Source of the DNA: Planctomycetota bacterium
GTDB lineage: Bacteria > Planctomycetota > UBA1135 > UBA2386
Direction of reading: 5' to 3'
Assembly: GCA_965223545.1 (NCBI GenBank)
Contig: OZ245006.1
Span: 5,952,001 to 6,016,000, forward strand
DNA: 64,000 nt
Made by a program: the position numbers and the translations under genes
Notes under the pieces: model-generated
The model's input: only the letters and a program-made list of their open reading frames with translations
Told to the model about the DNA's origin: nothing
Database searches by the model: none
Part shown: one piece after another, positions 48,541 to 60,483 of the stretch
How positions within the stretch are numbered: position 1 is the stretch's first letter
Layout of the letters: the number at the start of each line of letters is the position of its first letter

Positions 48541-50801
48541 AAGCCAATCTGCGCGTCCAAACCCGCGGTCGCCACCATGCCGGTCGGGTTGGCGGTCGGG
48601 TCGAGCACGAAGGCTTGGCTGTAGAAGTGTCCGCCGAGCAACGAGCGCCGCGCCGGCAGGTGGAGGAACAGGCTGCCGCGCCCGCCCCGCCCCACCGTCG
48701 GCAACAGAAAGTCGTTGCTCTGATGGAGGAAGCAGCCGGGCATGCCGAGGCCGGCGAGGGTCAGTGGCAGGGGCAGGGGACCGATGGCACGGTTGGAGGC
48801 ACCGACGGCGACGAACAACGGCGGACTGCCGGCGGGCACCGGCTCGACCCACAGCGCCATCGTGGTGCCGAGTGCCGGCGCCTGCCCATCGGCGGCGAAC
48901 AGAGCCGGCACGCCGGCCGAGCCGCGGCAGCCGAGACCGTATGGACCACTGGCTGCCGACCGATAGCGCCAACCATCGCCATAGAGCGGCGCGCCCGGCA
49001 GTGCGGAGTCGCCGCCGAACAGCAGGAGCGATCCGCCGCGCGGGTCCCAGGCGGTGCGATGGCGCTTGGCCGCCGGCGGTCGCACTGCGGTGATCAGCTC
49101 GATCCAGCGGCTGCCGTCCCATTCCCACGTGTCGTCCAGGGGGCCGTTGCCGCTGGCGCCGCCGAACAGCACCACTCGGCCCCGCACCGGGTCGAACGCC
49201 AACGAGTGCGCGTCGCGCGCCGGCGGCGAGCGCGGCGGCGCCATGCGCAACCAGCGCGTGCCGTCCCACTCCCACGTGTCGTTCAGCAGGCCTCCCGGAT
49301 AGGCGCCGCCGAACAGCACGATGCGCTGACGCACCGGGTCAGCGGCCATCGCGTGTCGCAGGCGCGGCCCGGGCGCAGCACCGGGACTCAGCGGTTGCCA
49401 AGAGGCGCCGTCCCACGCCCACGTGTCGTTGCTCGGGCCGTTGGCGCCGCCGAACAGCAGCACCCGCGCGCTGCCGGGGTCGCTCGCCATCGCGCTCTCC
49501 GACCGCGGCGCTGGGCCGGAGGCGGCCGCGCGCCGCGCCCAGCTGCTGCCGTCCCATTCCCAGGTATCGCCGAACGCCACGCTCGCGTTGCGGCCGCCGA
49601 ACACGACGACGCGGTCGCGCGCGGCGTCGAACGCCGCGGCGAACTTCGAGCGCGCGGGGGGGGCGATCGATGGCGTCTCGAGCTGCCACTGTGTGCCGTC
49701 CCAGGTCCACGTGTCGCCGCGCACGCTCACCCGGCCGCCTCCGGTGTCGACTTCGCCGCCGAACAGCAGGACGCCGCTGCCCGACGGCCCGGTGGTCAAG
49801 CCGTGACTGCGGCGGGCAGCGGGCTCCGCCAGCACCGGCGCGGCAAGCGTCGCCCAACTGCCGCGGTCCCACTCGTGCGTGTCGCCGCGTGGCGTGCGCG
49901 TTGGATCGGCGCCGCCGAAGACCACGAGCCGCCGCCGCGGCTCGTCATAGGCGACCCCTGGGTCGGACAGCCCGACCGGCAGGTTGCCGGCGGCGACCCA
50001 ATCGGATCCGCTCCACTCCCAGACCACCGCCACGGCGGTGCTCGCCACACGACCTCCGAGCAGCAGCACCCGGCCGCGTCCGCGGTCGTAGGTCATGCGA
50101 AACCCGCGCGGCACCGGCGGTCGCGTCGCCGGAAAGCGCTCTCGCCAGGTGGCTCCGTTCCACTCCCAGGTCCGTTGGTTGCCGAACAACACGGTCACGC
50201 GGCGCGCGGCGTCGTACGCCATGGCGTGCTCGAACTGCGCGGGGGGGCTGGCCGCCGGCGTCCGCGCCGACCACGTGCGGCCGTCCCACTGCCAGGTGTC
50301 GCCCAGTGCCGTGCCGTTGCGACCACCGAACAGCAGGACGATCCCGCGCGCGCTGTCGTAGGCCATGGCGTGCCGTTCGCGGGCGGGCGGCGCCGCGGCT
50401 GGGGTCATCGGCAGCCAGTCGGCCCCGTCCCACTCCCACGTGTCGTTGGTGGCGGAGCCGTTGACTCCGCCGAACAACACCGTTCGTCCCCGGCGCCGGT
50501 CGTGCGCCATCGCCGCCATGCTGCGTGGCGCGGGGCTGCGCGCGGGCCTGAGGGTGTGCCATCGACTTCCGTTCCACTCCCAGGTCTCAGCACTGAACGA
50601 GCCGTTCCAGCGCCGCCCGCCGAACATCAGCACGCGACCGCGCGTCGTGTCGTAGCTCAGAGCGTGACCGGTGCGTGCCCATGGGGCGTCGGCTCTTGCC
50701 CAACTCGTCTGCGCCGGACTGGTGGGAGCACACCACCAGCTGGCGGCGAGGATGCATGCCATCCGGTGAACGGAACGGCGGAGCATCGGGGGTGGGAGCA
50801 C
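48537..50801 (-). CDS. Secreted Kelch-like repeat protein (LFGG..DTWEWDG repeats) with a conserved C-terminal domain
   Basis: About 12 repeats of AYD..RxxxxLFGG..DTWxWDG..W; start may be ATG 50786 or 50762. Confidence 0.88.
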   Translation of the reverse strand: MLPPPMLRRSVHRMACILAASWWCAPTSPAQTSWARADAPWARTGHALSYDTTRGRVLMFGGRRWNGSFSAETWEWNGSRWHTLRPARSPAPRSMAAMAHDRRRGRTVLFGGVNGSATNDTWEWDGADWLPMTPAAAPPARERHAMAYDSARGIVLLFGGRNGTALGDTWQWDGRTWSARTPAASPPAQFEHAMAYDAARRVTVLFGNQRTWEWNGATWRERFPATRPPVPRGFRMTYDRGRGRVLLLGGRVASTAVAVVWEWSGSDWVAAGNLPVGLSDPGVAYDEPRRRLVVFGGADPTRTPRGDTHEWDRGSWATLAAPVLAEPAARRSHGLTTGPSGSGVLLFGGEVDTGGGRVSVRGDTWTWDGTQWQLETPSIAPPARSKFAAAFDAARDRVVVFGGRNASVAFGDTWEWDGSSWARRAAASGPAPRSESAMASDPGSARVLLFGGANGPSNDTWAWDGASWQPLSPGAAPGPRLRHAMAADPVRQRIVLFGGAYPGGLLNDTWEWDGTRWLRMAPPRSPPARDAHSLAFDPVRGRVVLFGGASGNGPLDDTWEWDGSRWIELITAVRPPAAKRHRTAWDPRGGSLLLFGGDSALPGAPLYGDGWRYRSAASGPYGLGCRGSAGVPALFAADGQAPALGTTMALWVEPVPAGSPPLFVAVGASNRAIGPLPLPLTLAGLGMPGCFLHQSNDFLLPTVGRGGRGSLFLHLPARRSLLGGHFYSQAFVLDPTANPTGMVATAGLDAQIGF

Positions 50802-50928
50802 GGGGGGCGGGTGGGGAGTGAACGTCGGGCCGCCGCGAGGTGGCGCACCGACCAGATCCCTGAGACTCCCCGACCGCTAACGATCGTATTCCAGTGACGA
50901 ACGCGCTGGGAAGGCCCCCCGGCCGCGC

Positions 50929-52203
50929 TCATCGTTTGGCCGATGCCACCGGCCAATAGACCTCGGTGCGCCAGTGGGCGGGGTTCGGCTCGAGGCCCGG
51001 GTCCGACCAGTACATCTCCCAGAACGGGCCGGCGCTCGAAAGGCCTTGCTCCGCGATCCACTTCTGCACCCGGGCATAGGTCTGCGGCAGGTCGTGGTAG
51101 GGGCCGATGTGCCACGCGCGGACCACGCGTCCTCCGGGCAGAGTGCCGGCCTCGATGCGACCGGCCCCTTCGGGCTCTGCGGCCGCCACCGGGATCCCGG
51201 CTTCGAGGTCGATCGGGTCGCCCGCCGAGTGATAGCGGGAGAACGGCGCGCCCGCCGGCGGGATGCCCCGCTCGGTCAGATGTCGCATCACCTCGGGCAG
51301 GGCGATCGCCAGCGCACTGCCGATCTTCGCTATCTCGACCTTGCTGCGGATCGACAGCACCGGGCGCGGCGCGATCTCGACCACTTCGAGGGCGTCCCCC
51401 GTGTCCCCGCCGCTGCGCATTTTGGCGAAGGCCGCGCTGACATCGGCGGGCAGCGCGACGTCCGCCGCTGCGACGGGTCCACCGAGTTCGACGTGATCGG
51501 TGTGCAGCGTCATGACCAGCGGGCCGGCGTGCACCGTCGCGGTGCCGGCCACCGAGACGCCGCCGTGCTCCTCGAAGTCGGAAAAGCGCACTTGCACCGG
51601 GCGCGCCCGTTCACCCCCGCCGCGGTGCACGGTGACGCCGACCACCCGCTGTCGCCCCGCGTCGAGGTGCCACGTGTCCGGCGGACCGCCGTCGAGCGGG
51701 GTCAGCGCGATGCGCAGGCCCTCGCCACCGTCGTCGGTCGCCTCGACGCGAGCGTCGCGGTAGTGTGCGCGCCAGGTGCTCCACGGCGCGAGCCCGTAGA
51801 GGCGCCGCACGCGGCTGGCCGCACTGTCGTCGAGGGTGCGGGCGCCGTCCTCCGGATCGATCTCCCATGCCAGCCGGCCGTCGTAGCCGATCGCCATGCG
51901 GCCGATCTCCTCGAGCCGCACGTCGCGCGCGAAGCGCTCGCCGCTCGCGTGCTCGGACCACGTGCCCGCCACGGGTGCTTGCTCGGCGCCCGCGGGCTGC
52001 AGCGTGCAGCGGCCGCGCCGGGTCAAGGTGGTCGCCGTGTCCCGCAGCGCAGCGTGGCGTCGCTGCTCGAGCGCGTCGAGGATGGCGGCCGCGTCGGCGC
52101 CCGGCTCCAGGGCGGCGGCGGCGGGCGGGGTCGATGGGGCTTGGGCGGTTGCGGCGTGCGCCGAGACCGCCAGGATCGCGGCGGCGGTGCGGAGTTCGAT
52201 CAT
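50929..52203 (-). CDS. Secreted protein with a C-terminal GyrI-like small-molecule-binding domain
   Basis: Signal peptide; C-terminal PAGAPFSRYH..LEAGIPV..HIGPYHDL..WEMYWSDP..WRTEVYWP; N-terminal beta-rich domain with GYDGRLAW. Confidence 0.8.
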   Translation of the reverse strand: MIELRTAAAILAVSAHAATAQAPSTPPAAAALEPGADAAAILDALEQRRHAALRDTATTLTRRGRCTLQPAGAEQAPVAGTWSEHASGERFARDVRLEEIGRMAIGYDGRLAWEIDPEDGARTLDDSAASRVRRLYGLAPWSTWRAHYRDARVEATDDGGEGLRIALTPLDGGPPDTWHLDAGRQRVVGVTVHRGGGERARPVQVRFSDFEEHGGVSVAGTATVHAGPLVMTLHTDHVELGGPVAAADVALPADVSAAFAKMRSGGDTGDALEVVEIAPRPVLSIRSKVEIAKIGSALAIALPEVMRHLTERGIPPAGAPFSRYHSAGDPIDLEAGIPVAAAEPEGAGRIEAGTLPGGRVVRAWHIGPYHDLPQTYARVQKWIAEQGLSSAGPFWEMYWSDPGLEPNPAHWRTEVYWPVASAKR

Positions 52204-52297
52204 GGTTGGTGCGAATGCAGAAGACTCCCTCGCGTACGCGGGGAGCCCGCCGATTCATCGATCTTTTCCGCGAGAATCCGGCGGCGACCGGGCCTCG

Positions 52298-52792
52298 TCA
52301 GTCCAGCTCCGTCAGCGCCTTGAGCATGTCGACCGTCGTCAACAACCCGACGACCTGACGCTGGCGGGTCACCAGCATGCGGTGCAGTCCGAGGTCCACC
52401 ATCTTCCGCGCGATCGCCGGCAGCGGCGCGTCGTGGGGCACGCTGTGGATCTGGGCCGTCATCACGTCGCGCGCGACGTCGTTGCTCTCGTCGGGGAAGC
52501 CGATCGGTGAGCCCTCGTCGGGAATCGGCCAATCCTCGGACGCGGCGTAGAAGCCGTGCTCGCGCCGCGGCCGCGCGTCGGGGTCGTCGACGTAGCGGTC
52601 GACGAGATCGCGCAGCGACAAGACGCCGACGATCTGACCGGCCTCGTCGGTGACGGGGGCGCCACCGATGCGGTGCTCGCTCAGGAGCCGCTCCACCTCG
52701 TCCAGCGGGGCGCTGCCCGGGATGGTGACGACGTCGGACTGCATGATGTCGGCCGCCGAAGGCCACTTCGTGGTTTGGGTGGGGTTTGTCAT
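52298..52792 (-). CDS. CBS domain pair protein
   Basis: ADIMQSDVVTI..RIGGAPVTDE.GQIVGVLSLRD; RDVMT..VVGLLTTVD; ATG 52792. Confidence 0.88.
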   Translation of the reverse strand: MTNPTQTTKWPSAADIMQSDVVTIPGSAPLDEVERLLSEHRIGGAPVTDEAGQIVGVLSLRDLVDRYVDDPDARPRREHGFYAASEDWPIPDEGSPIGFPDESNDVARDVMTAQIHSVPHDAPLPAIARKMVDLGLHRMLVTRQRQVVGLLTTVDMLKALTELD

Positions 52793-52896
52793 CGCTCGGT
52801 CCCTCTGCCCTTGGCAACGTGCCGTGCGCGCGGTTGTTTCGCCCGGTCCCGATTCGTCCCGCTGCGCTCTGCCGGCGTCGCCTACCATGGCCGTCG

Positions 52897-53418
52897 ATGA
52901 ACCAGCGGCGGATGCGTCCCGAGTTCGAGCAGCGCGTGGGCTGCTCCGCCGAGGCACTGCGGCAGGTGCTGAGCGAGCAGCTGGCGGAGGAGGCCGCGCC
53001 GTGCACCGGGCGCGTCTTCGACGACTACGCGATTCTGCGCGTGCGGACGGACACGCCGGCATTTTGGGCGCCGGTGCTGCACCTGCAGTGCACGCAAGAG
53101 CAGGACGAGTCCGTCTTACACGGCCGGTTCTCGCCCAGCTCGCCGGTGTGGACCATGTTCGTCGCGGTCTACATCCTGTTGGCGATCATCGCCGTCGCCG
53201 GCGCCTCGTACGGTGGTGCGCAGTGGACCATGGGCGATCCGCCACATGCCTTCTGGGCGGTACCGGCCGCCGTGCTGGCCGCGGCCTTCACCTACGGCGC
53301 GGCGTTCATCGGGCAGGGTCTCGGTGCTGAAGAGATGTACGTGCTGCGCTCGTTCGTCGACCGCGTGGTCGCGCGGGTGTCGGAACGTTCGTGCGAGGCG
53401 GAGCTGGGGCCGGCATGA
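52897..53418 (+). CDS. Hypothetical two-TM membrane protein
   Basis: FWAPVLHL..GRFSPSSPVWTMF, two hydrophobic helices, GQGLG; ATGA overlap with the next gene. Confidence 0.7.
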   Translation: MNQRRMRPEFEQRVGCSAEALRQVLSEQLAEEAAPCTGRVFDDYAILRVRTDTPAFWAPVLHLQCTQEQDESVLHGRFSPSSPVWTMFVAVYILLAIIAVAGASYGGAQWTMGDPPHAFWAVPAAVLAAAFTYGAAFIGQGLGAEEMYVLRSFVDRVVARVSERSCEAELGPA

Positions 53419-54106
53419 CCCCGCAGTCAAGCCCGACGCCGATCCCGGCCGCGGCATTTCCTACCACTTGCTGGTCGCGGGTGTTGGGCGGCGGCCGGCG
53501 GCCGGATCTCGAGGAGCTCGCGCGCCTGTACTGGCATCCGGTCTACGCGGCGATCCGCGCCCGGGGTGCGGACCACCACGATGCGCACGACCTGACCCAG
53601 GAGTTCTTCGTCTGGTTGATGGAGCGCGGAGTGCTGGCCCGCGCCGAGCGCAGCCGCGGTCGGTTCCGCGCCTTCCTCAAGACCGTCCTACAGCGCTTCT
53701 TGATCGGCCGGCACCGCCGCGCGCACGCGCGCGGGCGTGGATTGGCGTCGCCGGCGGTGGACGCCGCGCCCTCGGCCGAGCCGTCGCCTGATGAGGTGCT
53801 CGACGCCGCGTGGCGCGCGGCGTTGGTGCAGCAGGCCTTCGATGGCCTGCAGCGCGAGCTCGAGGCCGCCGGCCGCGGGCGTCACTTCGCGGTGTTTCGC
53901 GAGTTCTTCACCGCGGTCGAGGCGCCGGACTACCGCGCGCTGGCGGCCCGCCACGAGATCAGTACCGCACAGGTGTCGAACGCGCTGCAGTACTGCAAGC
54001 GGCGTTACCGGGCGCTGCTGCGCGCCGCGGTGCTCGACACCGTCACCGACGAAGAGTCGCTGCGGGCGGAGCTGCGCTGGTTGTTCGGGCCGCAGGAGGC
54101 CGAGCG

Positions 54107-54110
<4 letters not shown>
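53415..54110 (+). CDS. ECF sigma factor of the Ser/Thr-kinase-associated type
   Basis: FPTTCWS N-terminus, YWHPVYA, DAHDLTQEFF, RGRFRAFL; coupled to the kinase gene. Confidence 0.85.
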
Positions 54111-56428
<2,318 letters not shown>

Positions 56429-56488
56429 TCTCCCGGTTCCGCTGGGGCGACGGCTCCGTATGACTATGGTGTCACCCGTTCCGTTCTC

Positions 56489-57487
56489 ATGACGACCACC
56501 CCGGGAAGCCTCGGTAGCGCTCCTGCCTCAAGCACCGCGTTGCGGCCACATTCGACGTTGGCGTTGGCGCAGGAGCTGCTGCGCCGCGTGCAGGCCGATG
56601 GCGTCGCGCCCGGCCGGTCGATGAAGGTTTTGGGCCGGGTCGCCGCCGAGCTGGCGCCACGCACTCAGCTGGCCGGCAACCGCTACTCGGTCGCGTGCTC
56701 GCAGGTGCCCCTGCGCAAGCTCCTGGCCCATCCCGACGTCGGATCCAAAGGCTTGCACGGCGCGACCTGCGTCGACGTCGGCTGCGGCAACCTCAACCCG
56801 CTCGGCGGCGTCTTCGCCACCGTGCTGTTCGGCGCGGCCAAGGGCATCGCGCTCGATCTCGAGCGCGTGTTGTCGATCCCGGCGGCGACCCGGGCTCTGT
56901 TCGAGGTCGCCACTTGGGCGCTCGCCGGTGCCCCCGGCCTAGGCGCCGCCGCCGACCCCGGTCTCGTCGCGCGGCAGCTCGCCACCTTCGATCTCGCCAA
57001 GCTGGCGGTCGGCGACGCGAAGGGGATCGACGATCGCATGCTGCAGTTCCGCCAGGCGTCGGCGGGCGAGACCGGCCTGGACAACGGGAGCGTCGACGCG
57101 CTGACGTCGAAGTCGTTTCTCGAGCACATCGAGGACATCGACGGCGTGCTGGCCGAGCTGGCGCGGATCACCCGCCCCGGCGGGGTCGGCTTCCACGCCA
57201 TCGACGGCTACGACCACCGCCACTGGGGCGACGACCGCGTGCACCCCCTGGAGTTTCTGCGCGACGGCTCGGAGGCTTCGATGGTGCACGGCTGCAACCG
57301 CATCCGGCCGCTGCAGTTCGCCGCCTTGTTCGAACGCCACGGCTTCGCGGTGCGCCGCGTCGTCAAGGGCTTCCAGCGCGTGGAGATCACGCCGGCGCTG
57401 CGCGCCTCGTTCGCCGCGCCGTTCCGCGTCCTGCCCGATGACGTCTTGGCCGAGGGCGCGGCCGAGTTCTTCGTCGTCCGCGTCTGA
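56489..57487 (+). CDS. Class I SAM-dependent methyltransferase
   Basis: VDVGCG, SFLEHI, LARITRPGG..HAID..DH. Confidence 0.8.
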   Translation: MTTTPGSLGSAPASSTALRPHSTLALAQELLRRVQADGVAPGRSMKVLGRVAAELAPRTQLAGNRYSVACSQVPLRKLLAHPDVGSKGLHGATCVDVGCGNLNPLGGVFATVLFGAAKGIALDLERVLSIPAATRALFEVATWALAGAPGLGAAADPGLVARQLATFDLAKLAVGDAKGIDDRMLQFRQASAGETGLDNGSVDALTSKSFLEHIEDIDGVLAELARITRPGGVGFHAIDGYDHRHWGDDRVHPLEFLRDGSEASMVHGCNRIRPLQFAALFERHGFAVRRVVKGFQRVEITPALRASFAAPFRVLPDDVLAEGAAEFFVVRV

Positions 57488-57503
57488 GCGGCGACGCCCT
57501 GGT

Positions 57504-58256
57504 TCACGTCGTCGTCGCCACTGCTTGCACGAAGCGGCGCACGCAATCGGCGTCGGTGAACTGCAGCTCGTACTCGCCGGGGGCGTCGCCGGCACCCATG
57601 TAGGGTCGTGGATTGCGGTAGCGCATCGCGCTCTCACGGCGGCCGAAGGCGGTGAAGTGCAGCTCGCGCGCGCCGGTGCGCGCCGCGACATCGGCGATGT
57701 TGTCGGCGGTGATCCCACAACCGGGCATCACCGTGATGCGGTCGCCGGCGTGCTCCACCAGTCGGCGCAAGAGCTCGATGCCGGCCGGCACGGTGTCTTC
57801 TTGGCCCGAGGTGAGCACGCGGTCGATGCCGAGTTCGACCAGTGTTTCCAACGCTTCGAACGGCTCATGGGTCATGTCGAACGCGCGGTGGAAGGTGACC
57901 CCCAGCGGCCGCGCGGCCTCGACGAGCCGCGCGCTGCGCTCGCGGTCGACGCGGCCGTCGGCGGTCAGGATGCCGAACACCACGCCGGCGACGCCGGCCT
58001 CTTTCGCCTGCGCCACGTCGTGGAGCATCGCCTCGAACTCGAGCGCGTCGTAGAGGAAGTCGCCGCCCCGCGGCCGGATCATCACCATTACCGGGATGCT
58101 GCCGCGCTCCGCGGCGAGCCGCATGGCGCCGGCACTCGGCGTGATGCCGCCCTCGACCAGGTCGGCGCACAACTCGGCGCGGTCGGCACCGCCGGCCGCT
58201 GCGGCCAGCACGTCGGCGACGGACTCCAAACAGACTTCGAGCAGGGGCGCGGGCAT
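57504..58256 (-). CDS. cutC: Copper homeostasis protein CutC
   Basis: LEVC, GADRAELC, GGITPS, MIRPRGGDF, TFHRAFD, RVLTSG. Confidence 0.93.
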   Translation of the reverse strand: MPAPLLEVCLESVADVLAAAAGGADRAELCADLVEGGITPSAGAMRLAAERGSIPVMVMIRPRGGDFLYDALEFEAMLHDVAQAKEAGVAGVVFGILTADGRVDRERSARLVEAARPLGVTFHRAFDMTHEPFEALETLVELGIDRVLTSGQEDTVPAGIELLRRLVEHAGDRITVMPGCGITADNIADVAARTGARELHFTAFGRRESAMRYRNPRPYMGAGDAPGEYELQFTDADCVRRFVQAVATTT

Positions 58257-58382
58257 CGGGGGCATCTCGCTCAGCCCGGCCGCGGGGCATCGTGGCCGGA
58301 TCGGTTTTTCGGGAGTTTCGGGCCCCGGGGTATCGTTGCAAACCGTTTTGCCGCGGCCACCTCCTCTGCTACGAACGCGCCC

Positions 58383-59372
58383 ATGACCGACGTCGTTTCC
58401 ATCGCCGAGAAGATCCAGCAAGACAGCGAGCATCTGCGCCGCGTCAAGCAGGCGCTGCAGGGAGTGATCGTCGGCCAGGAGGAGCTGGTCGAGGGGCTCC
58501 TGATCGCGCTGCTCGCCGACGGCCACGTGCTACTGGAGGGCTTGCCTGGCTTGGCGAAGTCCCTGGCGGTCTCGAGCCTCGCGCAAGCCGTCGGCGGCAG
58601 CTTTCGCCGGGTGCAGTTCACTCCCGATCTGCTGCCGGCCGACCTGATCGGCACGCACGTCTACAACCCCAAGACCGGCGAGTGGAGCGTCAAAGAGGGA
58701 CCGCTGTTCGCCAACTTCGTGCTCGCCGACGAGATCAACCGCGCGCCGGCCAAGGTGCAGTCGGCGCTGCTCGAGGCGATGCAGGAGCGGCAGATCTCGC
58801 TGGGTGGCGAGACGCGGACACTGCCGCACCCGTTCTTGGTCTTGGCCACCCAGAACCCGGTCGAGCAGGAGGGGACCTATCCACTGCCCGAGGCGCAGGT
58901 CGACCGCTTCATGACCAAGCTGGTGGTCGGCTATCCGGACCGTGACCAGGAGAAGGCGATCATCGACCGCATGGGCACGGCTTCGGCGGCGCCCGCCGTC
59001 GCGGCCGCGACCACGCCCGAGCGCTTGCTGGAGAGCCGCCGGCTGGTCGACTCGATCTACGTCGACGACAAGGTCAAGGGCTACGTCGTCGACCTGGTGT
59101 TCGCCACCCGCGAGCCGGCGCAGGTCGGGCTCGAGCGACTGGCGCCGCTCATTCTCTACGGCGCCTCGCCCCGCGCCTCGCTGGCGCTGACGCGCGCCGC
59201 GCGCGCGCGGGCGTTCCTCGAGGGCCGGGGGTTCGTCACGCCGCAGGACGTCAAGGCAGTGGGCATGCCGGTGCTGCGCCACCGCGTGATCACCACCTAC
59301 GAGGCCGAGGCCGAGGAGTTGACGTCCGAAGACCTGCTGCGGCAGATCTTCGATTCGGTGCCGGTACCTTGA
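58383..59372 (+). CDS. moxR: MoxR-family AAA+ ATPase
   Basis: HVLLEGLPGLAKS, RVQFTPDLLPAD, DEINRAPAKVQSALLEAMQE, ATQNPVEQEGTYPLPEAQVDRF, GASPRA. Confidence 0.95.
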   Translation: MTDVVSIAEKIQQDSEHLRRVKQALQGVIVGQEELVEGLLIALLADGHVLLEGLPGLAKSLAVSSLAQAVGGSFRRVQFTPDLLPADLIGTHVYNPKTGEWSVKEGPLFANFVLADEINRAPAKVQSALLEAMQERQISLGGETRTLPHPFLVLATQNPVEQEGTYPLPEAQVDRFMTKLVVGYPDRDQEKAIIDRMGTASAAPAVAAATTPERLLESRRLVDSIYVDDKVKGYVVDLVFATREPAQVGLERLAPLILYGASPRASLALTRAARARAFLEGRGFVTPQDVKAVGMPVLRHRVITTYEAEAEELTSEDLLRQIFDSVPVP

Positions 59373-59574
59373 GCGTCCGGGGCCGAGAATCTTCGCGCGG
59401 CGACAACCTGTCGGAAGGCTCGATGGCGCTGGAACTTCGACAACGCAGCTCCCGGAGGCTCGAGGACAACACTGGGGTCTGGGCTCAGCGCGGCCGGCCG
59501 GCACCGTGGGAATCGCGGGCACTGCTACTGTCGCGGTGCGCTCCGTCTTTGGTTGCGGCCCTGTCCGCGCTGAG
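59370..59574 (-). repeat. Third, inverted copy of the ~200-bp structured repeat
   Basis: Reverse complement of 59370-59495 matches 48219-48344 with 10 mismatches in 126 nt by manual alignment; cores at 59484 and 59565. Confidence 0.88.
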
Positions 59575-59592
59575 AGTCTGAGGTCGAGAGTC

Positions 59593-60483
59593 TTGATCGA
59601 CCGCGACATCCTCGCCCAGGTGCGCCGCATCCAGGTGCGCACCAACCGCATGGTCACCGACGTGATGGCTGGCGGCTACCTGTCGGTGTTCCGCGGCTCG
59701 GGCATCGAGTTCGACGAGGTGCGCGAGTTCGCCGAGGGCGACGAGCTGCGCGCCGTCGACTGGAACGTCACCGCGCGCACTGGCCGGCCGCACGTCAAGA
59801 AGTACATGGAGGAGCGCGAGCTCACCGTGCTGTTCGTCCTCGACCTGTCGGCCTCGACGCAGTTCGGCACGACGGCGCGCGGGGACGGCGTGCGCACGGT
59901 GCGCGAGACCGCGGCGGAGTTCTGTGCTTGCCTCGCACTGGCCGCATCGCGCAACAACGACAAGGCCGGCATGGTGGCGTTCACCGATCGCATCGAGCGC
60001 TACGTGCCGGCGAAGAAAGGCACCAGCCACGTGCTGCGGCTGATCCGCGAGGCGTTGGCGCTGGAGACCGAGGGGCGCGGTACCGACATCGCCGCGGCGC
60101 TCGACTACGCCGCGCGCGTGCAACGCCGCCGGGCGGTGGTGTTCGTGGTCAGCGATTTCATCGGCGGCGGCTACGACCACTCGCTGCGGCTGTTGGCCAA
60201 GCGGCACGACGTCGTCGCCGTGCGCCTCATGGACCGCGCCACCTACGATCCACCGCGCGCCGGCTTGCTGCGGCTGCGCGATCTGGAGACCGGTGAGGCC
60301 AGCTGGGTGGACACGTCGTATCGGCCGTTTCGCAGTGCGCACCGCGCTCGCATCGAGAGTTGGGACGCGCAGCTCGCCGCCGAGTTCCGCCGCGCCGGCG
60401 TCGATCAGCTGCAGCTGTGGCCGGACCGCAGCGTGGCCGATCCGATCGTCGCGTTCTTCCGCACCCGGGAGATGCGCAAATGA
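59593..60483 (+). CDS. DUF58 (vWA-like) protein
   Basis: TTG start; SVFRGSGIEFDEVREF, VDWNVTAR, EEREL, DLSAS, VVSDF. Confidence 0.92.
   Translation: MIDRDILAQVRRIQVRTNRMVTDVMAGGYLSVFRGSGIEFDEVREFAEGDELRAVDWNVTARTGRPHVKKYMEERELTVLFVLDLSASTQFGTTARGDGVRTVRETAAEFCACLALAASRNNDKAGMVAFTDRIERYVPAKKGTSHVLRLIREALALETEGRGTDIAAALDYAARVQRRRAVVFVVSDFIGGGYDHSLRLLAKRHDVVAVRLMDRATYDPPRAGLLRLRDLETGEASWVDTSYRPFRSAHRARIESWDAQLAAEFRRAGVDQLQLWPDRSVADPIVAFFRTREMRK

Noticed and set aside
38400..50700. Nucleotide-level repetition in the ELWxxDGT and DTWEWDG genes as mobile or tandem DNA repeats
   Set aside because: Fully explained by protein beta-propeller repeats
52811..52830. Sigma-54-like GGCAC..TTGC upstream of the CBS gene
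   Set aside because: Lacks the required GG-N10-GC spacing
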